DNA of 64,000 bases from an uncultured Lachnospiraceae bacterium (GCA_964638675.1 CAZXAU010000012.1:1927-65926), one strand, 5' to 3'; positions 8,601 through 17,021 are shown, numbered from the stretch's first letter. The notes: generated by a model from the letters alone, not told the origin. Made by a program: numbers and translations.

Positions 8601-9507
8601 CGTAACGATCACCGACCCGCTCGATGAGGGCGTGGACTTTGTCGGCGCAGCATTCAAAGACCGCGAAGGAAACATTCTCGGCGAGTGGTGGTACGGAACT
8701 GGCGACGGATATACAAATGACCTGGGAAGTATTAATTACGACCCTGTCACCCGGACGGTGACGTGGACATGGAAGCATCAGGAATCGGAAGCTACCGGAG
8801 TTGTTTCTTTGCAAGTGCGCGTCAACGAAAAGGCGCTTGCGGCTGAAACGCAGCCGGGTAAATTCGGCACGACATCTCCGAGGGTTGAAAATCAGGCGAC
8901 GATCAGGGTCGGCAACGATCATGTTATCAAAACCGACATTGTTGAAAATCCCGTTTGGATGCCGATAAAAACCGAACTTACTCCGGGACAGGGCAAGGCA
9001 GTGCTTCCTGGCAAGGAGATCACCTACACCATTACATGGCGAAATTATCTGATCCACAGTGCGGCGGTTGCCGTGCGAGATCCACTTGATCACCGTGTAG
9101 ATTATGTAGCAGGCAGCGCTAAAGCTTATTACCGTACCGAGATCGACGGAATGGTCATAGATACAGAGATCCCGAACACTGCAATCAATTATGATTCTGA
9201 CGGGCATACGGTTTACTGGGATCTGGGCGTGCAGCCTTCGGACGCCGAGGGCTATGTGATCTTTACAGTAAAGGTAAAGGAAAATGCCGCACCCGAAGAT
9301 ATCATCTGGAACTGGGGCTATGTTCAGGTCGGAAACAAGCCTGAGATAGAAACAAACCATATTGATAATCCGATCATCGGCTACGAGTTGCCTCAGACGG
9401 GCGGTATTGGATCGATCGTATTTTACATCAGCGGTGCAGGAATCATGTCCGTGTCTTTGATTGCCGGATATATTCTGTGGCGCAAAAGACGCCGTGAGGA
9501 AACATGA
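5638..9507 (+). CDS. LPXTG-anchored pilus tip adhesin with fibro-slime/PA14-like domain and isopeptide-type fimbrial domains (1289 aa)
   Basis: There is an N-terminal signal peptide. The fibro-slime signature is YWFYGDDDMWVFLEKL...LIADIGGVHSS (about 7710-7815). C-terminal repeats resemble TITDPLDEGVDFVG and VAVRDPLDHRVDYVAG. The LPQTG signal (9388-9402) is followed by a hydrophobic helix and RKRRRE. Confidence 0.85.
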   Translation: MCKLKHKKRKRRQIILSVLASIVVFSTVYALILPAITFTSGFTVNGSNAQSDYTWSNDAIAMSVTLSGNAKSKGIIQKNTDPVLDVELNGEAYTEWLEKYAESADIQPLLVFKLHLNVGDTELDISGCTAEIDLKVNSSFISAATPMAVSADSTTVEASQPDILAVIDSSLGEVASTELFENDSPVLLFTVNAGEPTALALESNPMFTIQHYLWFAQIVTDLDENSNETKLPFINASYGKPREFPSNHSQPSLYLQNSTVQKTFNVYLTPTANGKVLKTKEVLTRIFNDEVTTYRLNPQISYMDRLFNGSVDYNHNYTLKEVWVYTPGQGSSKTADELTDDDFKKYDVPKDGTRHLPERIRFTNNPANKHINGTGYTEAYPYDYTILIQHGAVVRLVFDATESDNVERDVNFFDYDITDGHIYTGYDSSTGKPTGQTATSNQTNTSIWYAYTDRQGINSDKNYSGSGQKYAFGNANTKTGLQYSRLLINGVNSYFNKYNQNSKDDGGGLICYQGCAFGLVTGINPITEENSLPTPMWHEGIVAPDLFGTSEATGKTAFTNGEYSLGFNRVGGTYTLSYVSANKTNADQTKYSEKVTGDLFKFVNNTQYPYINSNEFWPMDSAPTYGADGHDLKFGDNALKDQRQCVGAVVDGDRVKFFPLADKSADHNAYFGMSFSLNFTVEPGYCAPLAYWFYGDDDMWVFLEKLDADGNSTGDAKLIADIGGVHSSVGEYVNLWDYIEPIPYKDENGNENTASSYRLTVFYTERGASGSCCYMRFVVPLDSNTTPPPERDDELVFEKIVLGEDGDPLPYDENSQEFTFRLTLVTADGVSYEDIYDYAVYRTDVTPNHRAPDAIPVRSGTIGTKIAESGEYEFTLRNGEYIVVTGLPDDTHYTINEAATGNYVTQYQKGNHYHVGDEQVNILDGPIRYNHEVGNPYRINAEDYNLVRFINGLALKTEVDPRDGEGVQIGQNILYDIEWGNDRNTVADVTITDPLDEGVDFVGAAFKDREGNILGEWWYGTGDGYTNDLGSINYDPVTRTVTWTWKHQESEATGVVSLQVRVNEKALAAETQPGKFGTTSPRVENQATIRVGNDHVIKTDIVENPVWMPIKTELTPGQGKAVLPGKEITYTITWRNYLIHSAAVAVRDPLDHRVDYVAGSAKAYYRTEIDGMVIDTEIPNTAINYDSDGHTVYWDLGVQPSDAEGYVIFTVKVKENAAPEDIIWNWGYVQVGNKPEIETNHIDNPIIGYELPQTGGIGSIVFYISGAGIMSVSLIAGYILWRKRRREET

Positions 9508-9571
9508 CCGTTTATGCGGCAGATCAATTATCAGTCAAAAAAAAAAATAAATAAACGAAAGGTAAAAAACA

Positions 9572-11080
9572 ATGAAAAACTTCAAAAGAATCACATCTCT
9601 GGTCCTTGCACTTGTCATGCTGGTTACGATGTCGCTCTCGATGGCGATCGGCGTCAGCGCAGACGAGGAAAAAGGAAGCATTACAATCGACAATGCCGTA
9701 GATGGCGAAACCTACAAGATCTATCGGATCTTGGTTCTGGAGAGCTACAGTGGCACGCATTATGCCTACACAGTGGCTGAAGCATGGGCGGACTTCTTTG
9801 CAGAAGGCGCTCCCGGTGCTGACTATGTTGATATTGAGAACGGCTATGTAACATGGAAAAGCGGTACACCGGAAGAACAAGCCCTTGCTGCACGTGAATT
9901 TGCTGCCAAAGCAATTGAATGGGCTACAGAAAATTCTATTGCGGCAACCCAAGAAGGCACTGCCAATGACGGTAAGGTGGAGTTTGCAGAACTGGATCTT
10001 GGTTATTACCTTGTAAGCTCATCTCTCGGTACGCTTTGCTCGCTCGATACCACACATCCTGATGCAACAATTTATGAAAAGAACTCTACCTCCACATTCG
10101 ACAAGGGAATCGAGATAGGCGATGAGACCGTTGATTATGCTTCTTATGACATTGGCTCTACGGTAAATTTCAAATTAGAGGCTGTAGTTGCGGCGAAGGA
10201 TGGACACGGAGCTGACTATGCCGGTGTTGTGAAGAATTTTATGATCGTGGATACGATGGATCAAGGACTTACATACACAAAAGGTACCTTGAAGGTATAT
10301 CTGGATGGAACAGAGCTTCCCGCAACCGTTACTGCTGAAGATGGTTCAGTGACTACAAACTACACACTGGCCGAGGAAGATCACGGATTTACTGTTGATT
10401 TCACCGATGGTACTATCACAAATCATGTTACTGTTACTGTAAAATATGATGCTGTACTCAATGGCTCTGCTGAGCTTGGCTCAGTGGGCAACACCAACAC
10501 TGCTACACTTACTTACGGTGAAAATCAGGAAGAAACTTCAACATCAAAGGTATTCTCTACAAAGATTAAAATCTTTAAGTATGACGCAGAAGATGAGACC
10601 AAAGGACTTCCCGGTGCTGTCTTCGTTCTTAAAAATGCAGACGGAAAATACTACAAGGCTGAGACCGTCGATGTTATCGACGAAGAATCCGGAGAAAAAA
10701 CCGGAGAGACTTTGACCAAGGTTACTTGGGTTGAAACCGAAGCAGAAGCAACCAAGGTTAAAACAGACAGCAATGGTGACGCAGAATTTGTGGGCATCAA
10801 AGCAGGTACTTACTCTCTTGAGGAGATCGAGGCTCCTACAGGATATAACAAGCTTCCCAATCCTGTTGAGGTTACTATTGCAGAGCCCGATAAGGATGAA
10901 GATGGAAATGTGACTTTTGCCGAGTCTGTTCTCAGTAAAATCGAAAACAAATCCGGCGTGATCCTTCCTTCCACTGGTGGCATCGGCACCACTCTGTTTA
11001 TCGTATTTGGTTCTCTCGTTGCAGTGGGTGCAGCAATTCTGCTTGTCACACGCCGCCGTATGAGCCTTATGGCTGATTAA
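9572..11080 (+). CDS. major pilin (SpaA/Cna-B-type, LPSTG)
   Basis: It has a signal peptide, a pilin-motif-like IYEKN lysine, a Cna-B-like segment KGLPGAVFVLKNADGKYY, and the E-box YSLEEIEAPTGY. LPSTG (10964-10978) is followed by a TM helix and RRR. Confidence 0.85.
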   Translation: MKNFKRITSLVLALVMLVTMSLSMAIGVSADEEKGSITIDNAVDGETYKIYRILVLESYSGTHYAYTVAEAWADFFAEGAPGADYVDIENGYVTWKSGTPEEQALAAREFAAKAIEWATENSIAATQEGTANDGKVEFAELDLGYYLVSSSLGTLCSLDTTHPDATIYEKNSTSTFDKGIEIGDETVDYASYDIGSTVNFKLEAVVAAKDGHGADYAGVVKNFMIVDTMDQGLTYTKGTLKVYLDGTELPATVTAEDGSVTTNYTLAEEDHGFTVDFTDGTITNHVTVTVKYDAVLNGSAELGSVGNTNTATLTYGENQEETSTSKVFSTKIKIFKYDAEDETKGLPGAVFVLKNADGKYYKAETVDVIDEESGEKTGETLTKVTWVETEAEATKVKTDSNGDAEFVGIKAGTYSLEEIEAPTGYNKLPNPVEVTIAEPDKDEDGNVTFAESVLSKIENKSGVILPSTGGIGTTLFIVFGSLVAVGAAILLVTRRRMSLMAD

Positions 11081-11164
11081 CCGATCTGAAAAAGAAACAG
11101 ACAGCAACAACCAAGGCAGGCGGAACCGCCGTCTGCCTTGATTTCAGCGAAAGGAGCTTAGTGT

Positions 11165-12037
11165 ATGAAAAGGCGTCTGCCTACAATTATACTGCTTTCC
11201 ACCTTTCTTGTGGGGCTGTCTGTTTTGCTCTATCCTGCAATCAGTGACTTCATCAATCAAAAGAATCAGTCAAAAGCGATCGATAATTACAACGAGCTTG
11301 TTTCTATAATGACCGATGAAGAAAAAGAGCAGTATTTTGCAAAAGCCGAAGAGTACAACAAACAGCTCTATGAAACGCCCGGCAGTTTTTACATGCCGGA
11401 TAAGGTAGAGGGCTATGAAAAGCTGCTCAATGCTACGGAAAATGGGATCATGGGCTATCTGAGCATTGACAAGATCCGAGTAGAGCTGCCAATCTATCAC
11501 GGAACGTCAGACAGCGTTCTGAACATTGCCTCAGGGCATCTGAAAGGCTCAGCCCTGCCTGTGGGCGGGAAAAACACCCACTGTATTATTTCTGCACATA
11601 GGGGACTTCCAGGTGCAAAGCTTTTTACCGATCTTGACATGCTGGAAGAGGGCGATGTATTCACGATCACCGTGCTTGACCGGCTGATCACCTATGAAGT
11701 AGACCAGATCCGCACGATCCTGCCTTCCGATGAAGGAGAGCTTCTGACCGTTGCAGGCGAGGACTACTGTACGCTTCTGACCTGCACACCATACGGAATA
11801 AACACACACCGTCTTTTGGTGCGGGGAAAGCGCATTGAAAATATCAAAGAAAAAACAATCGTACATGTGACGGCGGATGCCTATCAGATCGAAACGATCA
11901 TTGCCGCCCCTGCTGTTGCCGCCCCTATATTGCTTGTCCTTTTGATAAAACTAATGCTTCCACAGAAAAAAAGCAAAAAAATAATTTATTCTGATCTTAT
12001 GAAGGGAGGAAGCTCCAATGAAAAAAATGAAAATTAA
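11165..12037 (+). CDS. srtC: class C (pilin-polymerising) sortase
   Basis: It carries the catalytic His (IISAHRG), the TLLTC Cys motif, the Arg in HRLLVRG, and the C-terminal TM helix typical of class C. Confidence 0.9.
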   Translation: MKRRLPTIILLSTFLVGLSVLLYPAISDFINQKNQSKAIDNYNELVSIMTDEEKEQYFAKAEEYNKQLYETPGSFYMPDKVEGYEKLLNATENGIMGYLSIDKIRVELPIYHGTSDSVLNIASGHLKGSALPVGGKNTHCIISAHRGLPGAKLFTDLDMLEEGDVFTITVLDRLITYEVDQIRTILPSDEGELLTVAGEDYCTLLTCTPYGINTHRLLVRGKRIENIKEKTIVHVTADAYQIETIIAAPAVAAPILLVLLIKLMLPQKKSKKIIYSDLMKGGSSNEKNEN

Positions 12038-12950
12038 AGCCGCATCGATATTTCTTGTATGCCTGACTGTGTTTTTGGGATGCGCTTTTTACACTGCTTT
12101 TGCAGATGCGCCCGATTCTTCTGCACGGACATCTCTTTCGATACATTATGTCTGTGAGGGCGCAGATATAGGCGGAGTTACCGCTTCTCTTTACCGTGTG
12201 GCTGAATTTGACAGTAAGGGAGCATTTAAAGCCTGCGGAGATTTTGCTGAATACCCCATTAGTTTCAACGGGATCACAACTACAACTCAATGGGATGCTT
12301 TGGCGCAAACCCTGGCATCGTATATTGCGGCAGATAGGTTACAGCCTGTGCAGAACGCTGTAAGCGATGCGCAGGGAATTGCACACTTTGACGGAAATCC
12401 TGTGGGGATGTATCTTGTTCTCAGCAGCCGATTGGTTGATGAAAACGGAAAAACAATTACATTCTTACCGGCGCTTCTCTCTCTTCCGGGGCAGGATGAA
12501 AACGGCAGTTGGATATATGATGTTTTGGTTTGCCCAAAATACGAAGTGTTTTCACCGGGGCATAAGGAAATTGATTTTCGAGTACTCAAGCATTGGAAAA
12601 ACGACAATGCAGAAACCCGCCCTGACAGTGTGGAGGTTGCCATCCTGAAAGACGGGATCACTGTTACAAAACAGACACTTTCCGCCGAAAATAATTGGTC
12701 ATATGAATGGTCTGCGGAAGATGACGGCAGTCAGTGGAGCGTGGTTGAAATTACCGAATGCCCGGGTTATACCGTCACTATGGAGAGAAATCAGAACCAA
12801 TTTATTATTACCAACCAAGGCAAAGATCCTCCACCGCCGCCTGTGACCGGTGAACGCAGTGATAAAACCTTATTTATTATGATGATGTCTGCGACAGGAC
12901 TTGTGCTGATGTTGATCGGCATCCGACATCAGAAACGGCGCAAAGTTTGA
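12018..12950 (+). CDS. minor/basal pilin with Cna-B domain and non-canonical PPVTG sorting signal
   Basis: It has a signal peptide and a Cna-B-like VLKHWKNDNAETRPDSVEVAILKDG. The C-terminus is PPPPPVTGE (PPVTG at 12837-12851), then a hydrophobic helix and RHQKRRKV. Confidence 0.75.
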   Translation: MKKMKIKAASIFLVCLTVFLGCAFYTAFADAPDSSARTSLSIHYVCEGADIGGVTASLYRVAEFDSKGAFKACGDFAEYPISFNGITTTTQWDALAQTLASYIAADRLQPVQNAVSDAQGIAHFDGNPVGMYLVLSSRLVDENGKTITFLPALLSLPGQDENGSWIYDVLVCPKYEVFSPGHKEIDFRVLKHWKNDNAETRPDSVEVAILKDGITVTKQTLSAENNWSYEWSAEDDGSQWSVVEITECPGYTVTMERNQNQFIITNQGKDPPPPPVTGERSDKTLFIMMMSATGLVLMLIGIRHQKRRKV

Positions 12951-13099
12951 AAAATGAATTTTTCAGACGGTGTTTTGTGGCTTTCGCCACCGAGAGCGGA
13001 GCCGATTCCCCTCGGATCGGCGGCGATTTTACGGTGCAAAACCAGCCTCAATTCCACAAGAAAGGAAGCTTTCGCACTGCGAAAGCCGTGGTCATAAGT

Positions 13100-13678
13100 A
13101 TGAAAGCTTCATTTAAGAAAAATTTCGGAACTATTTGTATAGCTCTTGGAATCCTTCTTGTCTGTGCTTCGGTTTTCATCCTGATTTCAGACATGGTGGC
13201 TAGACATTTGGGGCAGAAAAAGGCTCAGGATGCGGTCAAGCAACTCGAATCAATGTTGCCGCCCCTGTGTTCGGGCGTTGGTCATGACGGTACAAATCCT
13301 GAGGACGGTATGGCGGTTCTTGAGATCGGAGGAGTGGATTATGTAGGTATCCTCTGCGTCCCGACACTGGGAATAAAGCTTCCTGTATCGGGTGGGCGCA
13401 CTGCTTCATCCGAAGCGATTGTTTACTGCATCTCCGGCAACGCTCCCTCAGGTTCACTGATGCTGGGCGGTAGCGGAGATGAATTCAAAAAGTTAGAGGA
13501 TCTTGACATCGGCGAGAGAATAAGCTTCACCGATGTGCGCGGCAATGTGTGGGAATATCGGCTTTCACACAGCACTTTCAAAAATACAATGCCAGGTAAA
13601 CCGTCTGAGGATGTTGAATTGACAATTCTGATCGAAGACAAAAATCGCTGCTTTGTGATAGATTGCGTTTTTGACTGA
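13100..13678 (+). CDS. sortase-fold protein lacking the catalytic His/Cys (putative pseudo-sortase)
   Basis: It has an N-terminal TM anchor. By-eye alignment to the neighbouring SrtC pairs ILCVPTLGIKLPVSGG with YLSIDKIRVELPIYHG. It also pairs LMLGGSGDEF..LDIGERISFTD with IISAHRGLPG..LEEGDVFTIT (His position is Gly/Ser). Finally it pairs LTILIEDKNRCFVIDC with TLLTCTPYGINTHRLLVRG (Cys position is Glu/Asp). I prefer ATG at 13100 to the track start at 12947. Confidence 0.6.
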   Translation: MKASFKKNFGTICIALGILLVCASVFILISDMVARHLGQKKAQDAVKQLESMLPPLCSGVGHDGTNPEDGMAVLEIGGVDYVGILCVPTLGIKLPVSGGRTASSEAIVYCISGNAPSGSLMLGGSGDEFKKLEDLDIGERISFTDVRGNVWEYRLSHSTFKNTMPGKPSEDVELTILIEDKNRCFVIDCVFD

Positions 13679-13704
13679 ACGCTTCCTGAAAATATATAAT
13701 AAGA

Positions 13705-13747
13705 ACGACCGAAGACGGGTAAAACCCGATTTCGGTCGTGTTTTTTA
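13705..13747 (+). terminator. rho-independent terminator ending the pilus operon
   Basis: ACGACCGAA...TTCGGTCGT stem with an inner CGGG/CCCG pairing, followed by GTTTTTT. Confidence 0.75.
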
Positions 13748-13983
13748 CAGAAAGTTATGACTTTTTGCAGCATTTATACCAGGATATAGTCTGCAACTTA
13801 TGGCTTAATATGTGTTCATTGTGGTACTTACCTTAGATTTATTTATGTAGACTAATTAATAGTTACATGATATTATATCTTTGGGAATCAAAGCTATGCT
13901 ATACCGCTTAACAACAAACACTTCGTGGATTTATTTTTGAAATCTGATACAATATAATCATAAAAGCATTTTTTAATACTTTT

Positions 13984-14650
13984 TTGGATGACAAATTTGT
14001 TTCTATCGGCTCTACCATCAAGCGTCTGCACCGTGAGAGGGATATCACGCTGGAACAGCTTGCTGAATATCTTGGAATTACCTCGTGCATAATTTCACAG
14101 TGGGAGTGTGACCGAAGCGCATCCAACATTACACGGCTTCCCGCGCTCTGCTATATTTTTGATGTTTCTTCCGATGTGTTGCTTGGAATTGATATTGAAA
14201 AAAGAAGCTATCCATAATTATCTGGACAAAGCCAGTTATGAATAGCTTTGGGAAAGATTTGAAAACATTGTGGAGATTCTACGTGAAGTCATTCGCAAAT
14301 TTCCAAAGTCATATGAAATTATGCAGCAGCTTGCCAACGAAATTGTCTGTGTTTATTCCAGTAAAGGAATCAATGAATATGATGAGGTGTATGAGCTTTG
14401 TAGTCGAATCATTGCAGAATATACCGCCAGTACTACACGATACAAAGCAATTGACACACTCCGCCTTGCATACGGATATGCCGAAAAAAAGGACGAAATG
14501 TTAAAGCTTGCAGAAGAGAAAAAATGCCGAAGTTTTATTTTTCATATGAAAACTTTATGCCTTCATTCTCACATCATTGGCAGATATATAACACCTTAGC
14601 GAATGTTAAGGTTCCGAACCTGCTGCTTCAGCCCTCAAACGGACGGATGC
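13984..14650 (+). pseudogene. decayed XRE-family HTH regulator with helical (TPR-like) C-domain
   Basis: The HTH is ITLEQLAEYLGITSCIISQWE. The reading frame then switches at an A6 run (14198-14203), hits an in-frame TAG (14243-14245), and switches again at the A-run near 14518-14524. The pieces appear in three frames of the ORF track (13984, 14270, 14524). Confidence 0.7.
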
Positions 14651-15233
14651 GGAGAGTCGCACCGACCGATTTACAAATTTCACGGCATTTTTCCTGCTCT
14701 TCGGTTGATGTGACGATATCTACCACGGTCATAACGACGTTCGGTACATAGGTTACGCAGTCCTTTGTGAATTCCAGCATTGCGTCATATGAATCAATTC
14801 CGAATTTCGGGCGTACCGTTTTGAAATATTCATTCTTATCCGAGAAGTTAAGACTTACCGACACTGTATCTATAATCCCCGTAAGCTTATGAGCTGTTTT
14901 TTCTCTGTGAATCAGATCCGAAAGCCCGTTGGTGTTAATTCGGATTTTGATATCGCTTTTTGATTTGATATATCGGGCAACCTGCAAAAGTTCATCAAGA
15001 CGCTCTGTAGGTTCGCCGTATCCACAGAAGACAACTTCATTATAGTCATCTAAATTTCTGCTGTCAATACTGTCGCATATCTCTTTGAGTGTAGGTTCTC
15101 TCTCAAGCCAGAGGGAGTCGGAGCCGTAAACTCCGTCGCCATTATGTCTCAGGCAAAAGGTACATGCGCATGGACAGCGGTTTGTCATGTTTACATAAAG
15201 ACCCTTATTTACTGGGTATGTAATAGTCATCAT
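14628..15233 (-). CDS. radical SAM protein (small, TatD-associated-type family)
   Basis: The CX3CX2C cluster motif is present in NRCPCACTFC, and the protein is about 200 aa. Confidence 0.8.
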   Translation of the reverse strand: MMTITYPVNKGLYVNMTNRCPCACTFCLRHNGDGVYGSDSLWLEREPTLKEICDSIDSRNLDDYNEVVFCGYGEPTERLDELLQVARYIKSKSDIKIRINTNGLSDLIHREKTAHKLTGIIDTVSVSLNFSDKNEYFKTVRPKFGIDSYDAMLEFTKDCVTYVPNVVMTVVDIVTSTEEQEKCREICKSVGATLRIRPFEG

Positions 15234-15249
15234 TGGTATTTTCCTCCGT

Positions 15250-15753
15250 TTAATAATTTAATAGTTGTTCTTTTACGTTTAATTTATCAAATGTTGTGCC
15301 GAGCAGAATAAATAAGGCAGAGCTGAGAAGTGATTGCGTGATATATCCGGGAATGCCCAAAAGCGGTGCGGCAAAATTTCCGGTTATAAGAGATTCATAA
15401 ATATAATATCCGGTCGAACAAAGTATGCCTGCAGGAATAAGAGCAAGAATATTTTTTGCTGTGATTATTTTTTTCGACCGTCTGCCAAAGAAGAGTACGG
15501 TGAGAGCCTTTATTATTAAAGATGCAGGTGCCCATATCGTGTAACCCGTGAGAATATCGGCAAGTACCGCCCCTATTACAGCTGTAAATAGTGCATACGG
15601 CAGCGGAATCATACATGCGGAAATATAAATTATACCGTCTCCCACATGGGTATATCCCGTATGACTCGGTATGTGAAAATATCCCGTAAGAAAAAACACC
15701 ACTGCTGTCAGAACACCCGACATGCAAATAAGCTTTATTTTCTTGTTTTTCAT
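15250..15753 (-). CDS. ECF-transporter substrate-specific (S) component, possibly vitamin B6-related
   Basis: A 167-aa polytopic membrane protein of typical ECF-S size. It lies immediately downstream of pdxK on the same strand. The substrate assignment is inferred from context only. Confidence 0.6.
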   Translation of the reverse strand: MKNKKIKLICMSGVLTAVVFFLTGYFHIPSHTGYTHVGDGIIYISACMIPLPYALFTAVIGAVLADILTGYTIWAPASLIIKALTVLFFGRRSKKIITAKNILALIPAGILCSTGYYIYESLITGNFAAPLLGIPGYITQSLLSSALFILLGTTFDKLNVKEQLLNY

Positions 15754-15779
15754 AATATCATTACATCATTTCTTATGAT

Positions 15780-16607
15780 TCACAACAATGTTAAAAATTC
15801 CTCAAAACAAATGCCGTCCGTTTTTGGAATGTTAAGTTCTGCCGTACGGCGCAAAACCTTGGCGACAAAAGTTGCGGCGTGGCTTACCGAAGAAGTAAAG
15901 TCCATTCCGTTTACGGCATCTGCGGCAATTATCGATGAGAAAACATCTCCTGTTCCGGAACGGCACTCTCCCACCTTGTGCTCTGTTATCTTTACTGGAG
16001 GCTTTCCTTTTTCGTAAACAAAATTTTTAAAACTGTCTTTGCATTCGATACCTGAAATAACAATTTTCTCAGGTCCCATATTGCTGAGTTTTTCGCATAT
16101 TGTCTCAAGAAAGCAGTCATCGTTTTTTTCTATGTAAGCCGTCTTTGTCAGGATACATGCCTCAGTGAGATTGGGAGTTAAAATATCTGAATAAGGAACA
16201 AGCTCTCTCATTTGTTCAGCAAGACATGGAGAATATGTCGGATAAAGTCTGCCGTAATCTCCCATGACAGGATCAATAACGGTAACCGTACCGTCCTTCT
16301 TGAATTTCTTTAAGAATCCTTTCACGATTTCAATCTGTTTCTGCGAGCCGAGAAAGCCTGTAAGAATTCCCGAAAAATGCAGATCGAGCTTTTCCCATTC
16401 GTTTATATAAGCATTCATATGCTCGGTAAAGTCTGTATAATAAAAGCTTTCAAAGCCTGTGTGATTTGAAAATATTGATGTCGGTAACGGACAGCACTGA
16501 ATCTTCATGGCAGATATTATAGGAAGCGATACTGAAACAGAGCATCTTCCGAATCCGCAAAAATCATTTATTACGGCAATTTTTCTCTGATTATTATGAG
16601 ACATCAA
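15780..16607 (-). CDS. pdxK: pyridoxal/pyridoxamine kinase
   Basis: The N-terminus IAVINDFCGFGRCSVSVSLPIISAMKIQCCPLPTSIFSNHTGF is characteristic of the PdxK/PdxY ribokinase-fold family. Confidence 0.85.
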   Translation of the reverse strand: MMSHNNQRKIAVINDFCGFGRCSVSVSLPIISAMKIQCCPLPTSIFSNHTGFESFYYTDFTEHMNAYINEWEKLDLHFSGILTGFLGSQKQIEIVKGFLKKFKKDGTVTVIDPVMGDYGRLYPTYSPCLAEQMRELVPYSDILTPNLTEACILTKTAYIEKNDDCFLETICEKLSNMGPEKIVISGIECKDSFKNFVYEKGKPPVKITEHKVGECRSGTGDVFSSIIAADAVNGMDFTSSVSHAATFVAKVLRRTAELNIPKTDGICFEEFLTLL

Positions 16608-16700
16608 ATTTTGTTCTCCTCTCTTGGCTTTTTCAAAAAGAGTATATAATAAATGTGGTCATATATAAATAGTCAGAATAGTAGAATTTTATATAACCAG

Positions 16701-16890
16701 ATGAAATGTTTTATTCAAAAAACTGATAATATTCCGTTGTATATTCAGCTTTACAGGCAAGTAAGAGATGATATTATGAAGTGAATATACCCACAAAGGC
16801 ATCAAAGAATATGACTGGTGTTTGAATTTTATAATCGAATCCTTTTGGAATATAGGTTTACGATCAAATACCTGTCTTTTATAATGCATA
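16701..16890 (+). pseudogene. remnant of a GntR/MocR-type regulator N-terminus
   Basis: Hand translation from ATG 16701 gives MKCFIQKTDNIPLYIQLYRQVRDDIMK*. The PLYxQLYxxxRxxI motif is typical of GntR/MocR wHTH N-termini. Downstream frames retain ...GEYTHKGIK... fragments but are broken. The 66-aa minus-strand ORF in the track is its shadow. Confidence 0.4.
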
Positions 16891-17021
16891 ATGGATGAAA
16901 TTCGGTTTATAATAATAGCATATAAAATACAAAGGTATTCCGTAGATTCCGAACTCTGTTATGATGTTATTTATTGTAACGGTATATCTCGGATGTGCAG
17001 GAATAAAAAAGGAATTACAGT

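Noticed and set aside
7666-9360. Two long minus-strand ORFs (254 aa and 267 aa) inside the adhesin gene.
   Set aside because: They are antisense shadows of the 1289-aa LPQTG adhesin. They have no start context and no recognisable domains.
12947-13099. N-terminal 51-codon extension of the sortase-like gene.
   Set aside because: The extension overlaps the upstream stop, has no SD and has non-protein-like composition. ATG 13100 gives a normal basic-then-TM sortase N-terminus.
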